Below the pieces are notes generated by a model, which was not told the DNA's origin, did no database searches, and saw nothing but the letters and a program-made list of their open reading frames with translations. A stretch of DNA of 63,428 nucleotides, filler included, from Saprolegnia diclina VS20 (taxonomy: Eukaryota): the NCBI RefSeq assembly GCF_000281045.1. It is 3 parts of 2 records of this genome, joined end to end, with 100 filler letters (N's around TTAATTAATTAA, not from the genome) between each part and the next. Parts side by side here need not be neighbours in the genome. Positions count along the whole stretch, not along the records: positions 20,501 to 44,167 come from NW_008246194.1; 2 more parts are not named here. One strand, 5' to 3'. This document shows, piece after piece, positions 21,954 through 34,263 of the stretch (the stretch's first letter is position 1; each line of letters begins with the position of its first letter). The translations under genes and the position numbers were made by a program.

Positions 21954-24653
21954 ATGAACGTCGTGGCGACGTCCATCTCGGGGCGCAGCGTGCAGATGGT
22001 CGTGAGCGACGCGGACGACCAGGTCGTATGCGTCGAGCGCTCCTTCGCCGCCCTCGAAGGCCTCCATGCGAGCCTCGTCGCCGCCGCTTGCGATAGCATC
22101 CCGAGCTTCCCGCTCTTCCCGGGCGTGCCCACCGATGCTGCGCTCACGCACCTCTGCGCCGAGCTCAACGCCTACTTTGCACGTACGCGTCTGCGATAGC
22201 GCTTGGGGCCGACCATGCGCCTATGCTAGATGCTTCCGTGAAGGCGACCGCCGAGCTCCACGCGCTCCTGGCCGACGACCTCGGCAACAACACGGGGCAC
22301 ATGACCGCGATCGACTTTCTCCTGCAGCCCTTCGAGTACGAGAAGGTTCACTCGTCGTTTGCCGGAAGATGCGAAAGAAGTTCCTATGTAGGTGGTCATT
22401 CCGCGCGGCTCCAAGCACGACGTGCAGCTGCAAGTGACCAACAGCAGCCAAGTGCTCGTATGGAAGTTTGAGGTCGAGGACTTTGACATTGACTTCAACG
22501 CCGACTTTCACGTGCCCACGCCCATGTACACAGAGGTCTTCCACGCAACGACGCGGTATGTCGACGTTGCAAGGCGCCTTCTCGACGATGCCTGCTCGTA
22601 GCTACCAGACAACTGTCAAGCCCGTTGAAGGTACGACAACGACGACGGTCGCCGTTGCATGATGTCGGACCGTGACTAGGCATGTACCGCTGTCCAAAGC
22701 CTGGTGTGCTCACGCTCTCGTGGGACAATACCTACTCGCGCCTCCGCGGGTACAAGCGTGATGGCTTCGTTGGATGCTTGAGCCTTGCACGGTAGAAAGA
22801 CGGTGCATTACGTCGCACACGTAGTCGAGAAGAGCTCGATGGAGTCGGCGCTTCTCGCCGCCGACGCCTTGACCCACGTACGCGCTCGATCTGGCATTTG
22901 CGAGGCTAAGAATTGCGTTCTAGGCGCTCGAGGCGGGACCGACGAGCAACTTTTTGCACAAGAAGGCGCTGCCAACGCCTACGCCCATGTCGTCGCCGGC
23001 ACTCGCGTCGCTTCTACCGCGCTACGCCTTTAGCAACATGCCGTCACTGGACCTCAACGGGCACTGGCTCGTGTCCGGACTCGTCAACACCACCATGGCG
23101 ACCGCCTCCAAGCTCTTTGGGTCGCGGCCTGCGCTGCTGCCAGCCGCTGCGCCGCCGACGCCCAAAGACGACGAGCCCAATTCGATCGGCAACAGCCTCA
23201 TGGAGGAGCTCAACGGCCTCAACATGCAGCTCCTCCAGCGCGTGGTAGATGACTCTGCTCGTCCCAAACAACACCCCTGACAATATTCATCCCGTAGGAG
23301 TCACTCGAAGACGCACTCGCACGGCTCGCCGGTAAAAGTTGCGATAAGATCTCAGTGTCTTATGCGACGACGTGCTAGTGGAGCGCGACCAAGCGCTCTC
23401 CCGCGTGCAAATGGCTACGGCAAAACACGTACGACTCTCTCACTTGCGTACTTTCGATGCAGATGGATGCAGGAAACGGAGGCGGCCGCGTCGCAAGAGA
23501 AGGACGGCCGTCTCGAAGCTCTCCAGAGCGAGATCGACGTACGTTTGAAGTCGAATTCACTATATCTTTACCGAGTGGGTGCGGCTAGCGCCTCCGGCGA
23601 GAGCGTCAGCAGTGGCCAGCGATCCAAGCCGAACGGGACGCGCTCCTGCTCGAGAAGCACCGCTGGGCGATGGTTCGATCCTCGTCGACCGCGCGTTTTT
23701 ATCGACTTGTACTAGATTGATGAGTTTGATACATACGTCGACCCGCAAGATGACACGGGCCGAGGCGATGCGTCGCCATCGTCGTCGCCAACGGCCAAGA
23801 AACTCTCGGACGACGCTCGGATGGCGCTCGAGAAGGAGCTCGGCCAGGCCGAAGTCGCACTCATTCGGCTCCGCGCGCAGCTCGGCTACTCGCTGCAGCA
23901 AGTCATTCCCAACACGCGCATTGAGCAGCTGGCCAAGGTGCATCGACATTGATTCGCGCAGTGCCTCAATATACAACGTAAGGACCTCGCCGTCGCCAAG
24001 ACCGAGTACGACGCCGAGCTGGTTGAGCACCGCAACATGATCCAAGACCTCAACCAGCAGGTACGTACTTAGCTTGACCATGGAACGTCGTCAACCGCGC
24101 CAACAGATTCTCAAGTACCGCAGCCACAAGAAGGTGCTCGTGACCGAGCTCCGTAACGTCAAGCGTCAGACCGACGGTATTCCGTATGCACAATATTTTC
24201 TGCTGCATAACTCTGTGGGCAGGGCAAGTCGCCGTCGCGCTCGCCGAAGCACACGAAGCACGCATGGTCAACACGCGCCTCAAGCGGCAGAACGAACTGC
24301 TTCTGAGTCAAATGCGGTCCCTTGTCGACACTGCGTCGGCTCCGGCGCCGGTCGACGTACCCGCGCCGGTCGAAGTGCCCACGACGCTGACGGCCCAAGA
24401 CCTAGCGATGCTCAACGGCGAGCCTTACACACCGGCGACAACAAAAGCTGCGACACTCCGCGCGGACCTGCGCCCTAACCCGTTCCGAGAAAAGCTCACG
24501 GCGTTCTTCACCGAGTACGACCAGTCGCAGCTGGAGCACGTGGAAGAGATGCTTGAGAGCTACCGCGGGGTCGAGGCCTCGCTGCTCGAGTCCCTCGAGC
24601 TCAAGTACCGCTTCCGAGAGCTCAACGCTGCGTACCAGGGCGAGCTCATGTAA
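21954..24653 (+). CDS. PX-like + GOLD + coiled-coil protein, multi-exon
   Basis: PX-like VERSFAALEGLHASL...P.FP. GOLD-like VIPRGSKH..LVWKFEVEDFDIDF and G.YRCPKPGVLTLSWDNTYS. Coiled-coil exons follow. Stop 24653. Confidence 0.7.
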
Positions 24654-24766
24654 ACTGTCAACTTGATAGTGCTGGCCGATATCCGGATAAGTACACCATT
24701 TACGTTTTTCTAAATCGTGTAATTGGTGTGATTTCGTTTTTTCGGAAGATCGCAAAACGCCACACC

Positions 24767-26145
<1,379 letters not shown>

Positions 26146-26464
26146 TCGTAAACAGAGTTCGCCTTTGCATGTCACTTGTATCCGCGCCCGCGTTCTCCAG
26201 CCGATCGGCCAAGCACACACGATGTGTGTACTTTGGCAGGTGCTGCGTTGTCATATAGTTGTCGCCGTCGATCAAGGCGACCACCGCTCCCAGTTGTTCG
26301 TGTCAAGCAAAGCGCTTTCTCTCGTCTGTGCCCAAAACGAGCAAGTGCCCATCTTCAGTTGCTGATGTACTATGACGTAGTACCTGCGCGTGATCGTGAA
26401 TTTTTGGGATATTTTTCATTTTTCGCCCATTCTTTCTACTAAGCTTACTATACTGGCCAAGTGT

Positions 26465-26825
26465 TGCCAGGTCGCACAGTTGATCCTGAAAATGAATTGG
26501 CCAAGACTTGGCACCAAGGTAGAGGGCGCTCCGGAGAGCGGAGAAAGCGAGGTCGCGTCGACGTTCGAGACGTATAGCGGTAGAAAGACGCGATGCACGA
26601 TCCCAACTAAGATCGTAGTGCCATCTTAGAGGCACCACGCGAGGACGTCAACGCCACGTGCCGACACCATCGCGTTTGAAATGAAATCGCTCAAAGTTGG
26701 CACAGCGATAGAAGACGCTTTGAAAAGCAGAGCAGTCCACGCTACGTTCCCGCTGCAGTCGCACGGCGCGTGCAATGCTGAATGTAAGATTTAAAAGCGC
26801 TCTTTAAACGTTAAGAAGCAAAACT
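26465..26825 (+). repeat. Dispersed ~360-bp repeat, copy A
   Basis: Colinear similarity with 62553-62970, including AAGACTTGGCAC, GAAAGCGAGGTCGC.TCGACGT, CTAAGATCGTAGTGCCATCTTAG, TTTGAAATG..ATCGC.CAAAGTTGGCACAG.GATAGAAGACGCTT, GCGTGCAATGCT and AAAGCGCTC...AAACGTTAA. Confidence 0.85.
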
Positions 26826-27216
26826 GCCCAATGACTCATCACTTCGATCACTTGGACAAGCGATGACCGCCCCATCCACTGGATCACACTCTGGTCTGAA
26901 TCACTTTCTGGTCGGGATCACAAGCCTCACTCAGTTTAGTCCAGAACCTTCGTGTAAAGTCATTGAACGGGGCGCTTTCGAGCTCACAAAGCTCGATCGC
27001 TGGTCCTTCCACCATCCCTTCTGCAGTCTTGCGTGAGTCGATGCAGCGTGTATCGCACTTCCCTTGGGCGACTCAGCTCCAGCGCCTGTCCATGCACAAG
27101 TGGACCAAACCGACTGTGGTCGGATCTTGAAGGAATCTCGCGTTATGATTGGCTACTTTGGACCAATGGCATCGCGCCACTCCGCCTGTCCGAAAAGACA
27201 CTCCTCGCAATCAACG

Positions 27217-28260
27217 ATGCGCAGCGCGGGGTTCGTGGCGACGGCCGCCATCGCGCTCGGGTCGTTGGCGCTCATCGGACCCGTCGCCGTGCGCTGGCAG
27301 ATCCCGGCGCAGTGTCTCGAGCACCAAGAGACTCGACCACTCGACGACGCGTTGACCTCGTACTTTGGCGTCGACGGCCTTGATAACGCCCTTTGCATCA
27401 TCGGCCACTTCTTCCAACAGAGTCAAGCGCTGCCGTCCGAGCCGATCGCCGACATCATCAACGCGCTGCTCGTCAACTGCGTGGCCGCCATGGCGCTCTT
27501 CATGGGTATCGAGTCCACGCGCCAGGGACCGCGTGGGCCGGTCGCGTGGCCAGTCGTCATTGGCACGGCGTACCAATGGGGCGGCATCTTCTTTGCGGCG
27601 TCGGTGCTCTGGCTTCCGGCCTTCTTTGCAGCGTACCCAGAGCCGCTGGCGACCACGCGCGCGATCCCTCTTCGCGACACGACGCTTGGCTCGGGTGCGC
27701 TGCTCTGGTTCATCGGTCTCGGCACATTCGCCTTTGCCGTCGTCTTCCATGCCATGCACTATGCTCATGGCAGCGTCTTTGCGCACGCCTTCATCGTATT
27801 TCAGTTTTGGCCGTCGCTCTTCCCGCTGCTCTACCCGGCAGTGCGCTGGTTGGCGCCGCACCCGAAGGTCGTCGCCGAGGCGGCGGCCGCCTCGACGACT
27901 GCGAGCTTCCTGTACCGCGCCTTTGCAGCGGCGTTGACGCTACAGCACTGGACCTCACTGGCTATCGTTCTCGCTCACTCGGACGCTATGGACCTCGTGC
28001 ACGGACTCGCGAACTTTGTGTGCACATACCCGCCGGACGCGAACCTGATCCCGTCGTGGTTTCTCGTGGTCGACGGCGTCTCTGTCTTTGCCACGATGAC
28101 GCTTCTCGTCGTCGCCGAGGCGCGCAACGGCGCGCGGACGTTCGCGCACTTGGTGCTCGCGAGTATCGTGCTCGGAGCGGGCGCCGCCTTTAGCCTCTTG
28201 TGTGCGACGCGCGAAGATGCCATTCGGTCGACGCACTTTGGCAAGAGCAAGCAGCAGTAG
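27217..28260 (+). CDS. Multi-pass membrane protein resembling the fungal CtvD/AurD-like family, intronless
   Basis: About 8-9 hydrophobic segments. Motifs YFGVDGLDNALC...FF, IESTR, P.VIG.AYQWGG, and C-terminal LGAGAA......RE. The start could be an upstream ATG. Confidence 0.6.
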   Translation: MRSAGFVATAAIALGSLALIGPVAVRWQIPAQCLEHQETRPLDDALTSYFGVDGLDNALCIIGHFFQQSQALPSEPIADIINALLVNCVAAMALFMGIESTRQGPRGPVAWPVVIGTAYQWGGIFFAASVLWLPAFFAAYPEPLATTRAIPLRDTTLGSGALLWFIGLGTFAFAVVFHAMHYAHGSVFAHAFIVFQFWPSLFPLLYPAVRWLAPHPKVVAEAAAASTTASFLYRAFAAALTLQHWTSLAIVLAHSDAMDLVHGLANFVCTYPPDANLIPSWFLVVDGVSVFATMTLLVVAEARNGARTFAHLVLASIVLGAGAAFSLLCATREDAIRSTHFGKSKQQ

Positions 28261-28469
28261 GTAGCGTACTAGTTTAAACCAACAAAACACCAGGTTTTAT
28301 TGACAATAGTGTAGTTTTGTCAAGGCGCCTTGTGCTCCCGCATTCACCTACTTCGAGTTGCGGGTCCTAATGTACAGAATATCTAGCCCAGCTGCTGAGA
28401 CGAGACGATCACTAACCCACCGCACTAATAACTGCTAGCTCCCATAACGGACGTGTAACCACTGGAAGG

Positions 28470-31400
28470 ATGCCGTCGAGGAGCCGCGACGAGCCGCCGG
28501 CGTTCGACGCTGGCGACGACCTCGACCTCTACGACGCGTCAAACCCGTTTGAAGACGAGCCACCTGTCAAGACCAGTGACAACCAGCTAAAAAGCCCCAA
28601 AAAACAAAGTGCCAAGGACAAAGCGTTTGACTTTGAGCAGTGGGTCGCTCGGAAGGACAAGTACGAGCGCGTGCTCCAAGCCCTCCATGCGCTCTCGACC
28701 GACCGCGCCGCGTCGGAGGCGCCGTGGTTTGACGTCGCCGTGGCGTTGGCAGCCACCGACTGCCTCCTCAAGGTCGGCCGCACCGACGCGTGCGACTGTG
28801 ACGGTGTCTGCCACGAGCCAGCACACGCCGTGTCGCGTCAGCGCACTCGGTGCCAGTGCCCCGCGCCCAAGTGCTCGATCTGCAACCGCTGCGTCGGCAC
28901 GACGGTCGGCGTCATCTCGGACAGGATGACCGACGTGCTGACGCCTTACCGAAGCAGCAGCGACGAAAGTACGATGGACATTGCGACGCGCGTGAGCAGC
29001 ATGGGCGAAGGCCGGCTGCTCAACAGCCTCAAGATCTCGGGGCTCGCTCTGCGCATGGCCTCGACCGTGCAGAGTCAGTGCAGCGTGCTCCTCGGTCCCG
29101 ACGGCGCCAAGCTGCAGCGGCCGTGCGCCTGCCCACTGCGGTCGCTCGGCGACCACTGGGTGCGCTGGACCAAAGCCAATCACTCGTTCGAGAAGGTCCG
29201 GCTCACGGAAGCCCAAGCCAAGAAGTTTGGTGGCGCAACACGGCAGCTCATGGAGCTCGTCGAAGGCGAGAACGTCTACCTCCTCACCATCAAGTGGCGC
29301 GTCGCGGCCAAGCCGCAGAAAGGCGACACCGCCAAAATTGCAGCTCGGCGCTGCCTCTCGGCCGACGAGAAGAAGCTCAACGCGGTGCGCTTCTCGCTCT
29401 TTCTCGCTGTGCAGTTATAGAAAAGAGGACTAGATCTTTGTGTCGCTCTGCAAGAAGTTCTGGGTCAAGGCGCAGCACCGCGTGGTCGAGATCCTTCAGG
29501 ACAAGATGAATTCGCTCCTGGGAAAGCAAGCTGCGACGACGCTTTTGCCGGGCCAAACGCACAAGTCACGCGCCGAGATGGAAGTGCAGATCCTCAAGCT
29601 GCATGGCGTTCAGAAAATGCTCTCGTGGGTCGAAGCCGACGCCGATGCCATCAAGGACAAAGAAGACGAAGTCGAGAAGGAGAAGGCCGAGGAAGGCGCG
29701 CTCGCCCACAACGTCTGCCGTCGCTGTATCGAATCTCATTTCTCATATTGGGCCTAGGCGTGGCTCAAGCGCAAGGACCGGCTGCGCATCAAGCTCCCGA
29801 CAGCATCGAGTATCGAGCCGTCGCTTCAGAAGAGCAGCTGGAAACCACCGCGCTTTGACTTTTCGACCAACGGCCTCGTCCGGCCCAAGAAGGTCGACAT
29901 TCCATCGTGCACGATCGACATGATGAAGCGCAGTGGCCTCAAGTACGTGCATGCGATGAGCGAGGGCTTCCAGGGCCGCGGTGGCGACCTTGACAAGTGC
30001 CGCGAAGTGCTCCTCAAGCGAGGCCACGTCATCAAGGCCAACTTTGCCAAGGACCCGGACAGCGCCTTCTCGGAAGACCGGTACCACTTCGAGAAGCAAA
30101 ACGCGCCAAAGGCCAAGGAGAACCCTCGGTCGGGCATGTCCAAGGAGGCGTTTGCGGCCTGGAGCGCGCACAAGGCGCTCAAGGACAAGGCGCTCGCGTT
30201 CCTCGACGCAACACCCAAGCCCAAAGACGTATCCGAGAACGCGTCGGCGCACTGGGAAGAGGCCGGGCGAGCGTTGAAGGCGGTGGACCGTGGCTTGCTG
30301 CTGTCGTGGATGGCGTGGTCGGACGGCTTTATGAGCCAAGGCCGCTGCCGCGTGCTCTGGGAGAGCTTCCCGCCGATCGCATGCGACGTCCACGCGACCT
30401 CGTCGGCGCTCCGCGATGTCTTTCTCAAGCTGCTGCACCGGAAGGACGTCGACTACAAAGGGGCGTTTCTTGCGTTTGCCGACAAGCAGCACAAGAAGGC
30501 TGTCGCGGACGGCAACGCGGACGACGACATGAAGGACGAGGACAAGCTCGCCACGTACGCCACCATGAAGCCGCTTGAATTTCACAAGTTCCTCAAGTCG
30601 CTCGGCATCGCGTTCACGCCGGACGAACGCACTCGCATCGTCGAGTTCTTCGACTCGAACGGCGACGGCGCGATCACAATCAAGGAGTTCCTTGCTGTCA
30701 CAGGCGACCGCCGCCCCGCCCAGTGCCACGGCGACACGGAGATTGCGCTCAAAGACGTGTGCATGTGGGAGACGGTCTGCCACGAGTGCGGCATGCTCAA
30801 CGCGTTCCAGGTCTCGTCGTCCGAGCGCGGCCGCGTCCGCACCGAGCTGCCCGCGCACGTCAAGCGACGCCAGCTCGCCCGGTTTGGCTGCAAACCCGTT
30901 TTGCCGCTGCGCGAGGTCAAGGAGGCGGCGCCGTATGCATGCGACGCCGCGGGCTGGAGCGATCAAAAAGCCGCGGGCGGTGTCGCCGTCCTCGATCGGC
31001 TCTCGATCGAACACCGCGAGCGCCGGGCGCTGCAAAAGCTGGTCACGGACGGCGCGCCGCCCGAGCTCCCGGTGCTCTTCCGCGACGACGACGAGGCACT
31101 GGACCCGACGACAATGATACTACTGCGGTGGCACCCGCCGCCGGTCCGCGGCAACAACGGCCCGGCGTTCTACATCCTCGAGACATCCGGGGCCGAAGGC
31201 AGCGCGAGCTTCAAGCAAAACGTCTTCACCGAGCTCGTACGGGACCCGAAGGACTTTAGCGATAACCAGGGCGAACCGCGGTACCACTACGTTGTCACAA
31301 ATTTGCTGCCCAACACCAAGTACGCGATGCGGCTCCGCGCGCTCAACGCCTTTGGTGCCGGGCCGTATGCCTTTGGGTAAGCGATGTCGAGGGGTAGGGT

Positions 31401-33416
31401 CCTCACGTCGACACTAGGTACTTTACGACGGTGCCGCGTGTGCCACCGGCGCCGATGGCCGTCAAGGTGACTCCGACGACGATCCACCTCTCGTGGAACT
31501 CGTCGGCGTGGTACGACGCACAGCTCAAGGAGCTCCGAGCGGTGTTTGATGAAGCTGACGTCGACGGCAACGGCGAGATCTCGCGCGACGAGTTTATGGA
31601 GGAAATCGAAAAGCGCAAGCCGCGGTTGCTCGAGTTTCTTCAGAAGACGTCCGCGCCGACGTCGACCGAGGCCCCGGGCGTGCCGCTCAGCGTCTTTGAC
31701 GCGATCGAGACGAACGACAGCAACACGCTCAGCTGGACCGAGTTTGTTGCGATGTTCAACGGCCACCTCGACGACCTCCACCTCTTTGACGACGACGCCA
31801 AGTCGGTGGCGTCATCCAAAGTGTCGCGCAAGGCCAAGCCAACCGTCTCGAGCGGCTGTCGCTACGTCCTCAAGCAGTGCGTGCACGAGGCCGACGGACA
31901 GTACGAAGAGATCTACCGCGGCAGCAAGCCGTCGTTCTTCGTGCACGGCCTCACCCCCGGAACTGCGTACCAATTCCGCGTGCAAGCCATCAACGCCGAC
32001 GACCAAGCCTCGCTGCACAGCGCCCCGACGATCGTCAACACGCTCTTGCCAACGCCGGCGGCGCCGACAACGACCGATGTCGGGGTGACGGACGCCGTCG
32101 TGAGCTGGACGCCGGGTGACGCGACCGCCGGTGACAAGCGCAGCATCGCACTCAAAGGCAAAACCAACGTCCTCGACGACTCTGTGCACAAGCTTCTCAA
32201 AGAGTGGGCGAAAGAGACACCGGTGGACCACCCGGCCATCGACTTTGCGGGCAAGTTCCAGCGCTACGACCGTGACGGCAGCGGGTACTTGGAGCTGCCC
32301 GAGTTCAAGACGCTGCTCTCGGAGCTCGGCGTCACGCCGTCCGAGGAGCGGCTCGCCGCCTACATGGAGACGTTTGACACCAACAACGACGGCAAGATTT
32401 CGTTTGAAGAGTTCAAGGACTGGTGGACCAAGCCCGATGTCCAATATGTCCTCAAGCGCTCAGACGCCGGGCGCAGTGAGATGACCGCCGTGGTCTACCG
32501 CGGCACCGACAAAAGCTACCACGTGCGCGGGTTGGCGCCGAACGCCACGTACCTCTTCCGCCTCCGGCACGTCTCTTCCCATGCGTCGAGCAGTCTCAGC
32601 AGCGCGCTGTCGGTCTGTACGCTGCCAGAGGCGCCGTCGGCCGCCGGTGTCGTCGACGTCCTCGCGACCAAGGCGCGCGTCGTGTGGTACCCGAGTGCCA
32701 CGGGCGCGGCGCGGTACCTTCTCGAAGCCAAGTTTATCGAGTGCCTCACCGACACCAAGGTCGCCAAGCCCTCGGGCGACTGGACGCCAATGTACGAAGG
32801 ACCCGAGACCTCGACGACCCTCCTGGACCTGGTTCCCAACAGCGTCTACCGACTGCGCGTGCGCGCCGGCAACGCATCGCGGGCGTGGAGCAGCTACGGG
32901 CGCGTCACGCAGCTCTGCACGCTCCTCAAGGACCCGTCGCTGCGCCCGAGCAACGCGGTCGAGCGCTTCACCGTCGAGGTCGCGGGACCCGGGCGGCTCG
33001 TGCCCCACGACACGATCCTCTTTACCGAGCGGCTCGTTTTGCTCGAGGACGGGACGGCGGTCGAAGAGGACAAGCGCCGCGGCAAGTCGGGCAGGAGCGT
33101 CAAAGAGCCGCTCGAGTGCGTTGGCGAGCGCACGTTGGCGGCGCGTGTGACCGGTGTGGCGGAGGACGTGGCCCGGCGCTGCGTCCTGACCTTGGACGTG
33201 GTCTGGTGCACGGTGCAGGTCTACGAGAGCGGCAAGAAGGAAGGCGCAATGAAGCAAGTTGCACTCGCGTCAACGCTGCAAACGGACGCCAAGCTCTCGC
33301 GGTTCGAAAAGTCGATCCTCAAGTACGAGGCCTTCCGCCTCCCGTGGCTCGACGAGGGCGCCCGCTGTGCCAGCGCATGGGTCGCCACGACAGGCTTTCT
33401 CGACGAGGCGACGTAG
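28470..33416 (+). CDS. Large EF-hand / fibronectin type III protein with PriCT-2-like segments, multi-exon
   Basis: EF loops DSNGDGAITIKE, DVDGNGEISRDE, ETNDSNTLSWTE, DRDGSGYLELPE, DTNNDGKISFEE. FN3 motifs LLPNTKYAMRLRALNAFG, LTPGTAYQFRVQAIN, LAPNATYLFRL, LVPNSVYRLRVRAGN. Short introns near 29384-29453, 29713-29758 and 31377-31418. Confidence 0.8.
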
Positions 33417-33450
33417 GATAATGGAAGCATGTTGACGCATATGGCTATCG

Positions 33451-33882
33451 CTACATGGGGCGGCGCAGCGCGTCGGCGTTGACGCGGTCGACGAGGACGC
33501 GGAGGTTGGTGTGGAAGAGGCTGCAGCGGATCGGCATCTCGAGCTCGTAGAAGGGGTTCTTGAGCACGTAGTCGGCGTAGATCTCGTAGATGCTGCGTAA
33601 GATGGCCTCGAGCTCGAGCGCGCCCATGCTCGGGAGGGCGGTCACGAAAAACTTGGTGCCCGTCAGCGCCTGGAAGCACTGCAGCCGGAACGCGTCGGTC
33701 TCCATGGACACGATGCCCTTGGAGAGGAGCGGCGCCGCGAGGCCGGCGATGGCGTGGATGCTGTGGAAGGTCGAGCCTAGGCGCAGGTGGTCGTTCGCGT
33801 TGAGCTTGGGCGCCTCCGCCGAGAGGTCCTCGTGGTAGATGAGCCCGCCGGCCTTGTTGATCACGTACAGCGAAAGCAGCAT
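33451..33882 (-). CDS. TRAPPC4: TRAPP complex subunit 4 (Trs23/synbindin-like)
   Basis: Motifs LYVINKAGGLIY, NDHLRLGSTFHSIHAI, LQCFQALTGTKFF, IYEIYADYVLKNPFYELEMPIRC.LF. Confidence 0.92.
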   Translation of the reverse strand: MLLSLYVINKAGGLIYHEDLSAEAPKLNANDHLRLGSTFHSIHAIAGLAAPLLSKGIVSMETDAFRLQCFQALTGTKFFVTALPSMGALELEAILRSIYEIYADYVLKNPFYELEMPIRCSLFHTNLRVLVDRVNADALRRPM

Positions 33883-34263
33883 CTCGGGTTCTGACGTTTT
33901 TCACACGTGAAAAACACCATTTGCCACGAATTCGCCTAAAAAGTACCTACTGTACGTGGCACGCGCACCGCGCGACTCGGGATTCCTGAACCTGCGACGC
34001 CCGAGCACTTGAGCAGCGAGTGGGCGGTACCTCTCGCGCAGGCTCGGCACGTCGCTTGCGGCTTCGCGACGCTCGCGAGACGCGTCGATCGGCGAGGAGA
34101 CGCGAACGGTCAACCGTTCGTTCGCAGCGGTTTGGTCGATGCACAAACCCGAGAGAGATATATCAAAGAACTTATATTGTTGGGGCGACAGATCGATTCG
34201 AGGATATTGATTCTTCGAACAAGTGGCCTTTCGGGTGGGAGGTTTTGGATATTGTGGCGGGAG

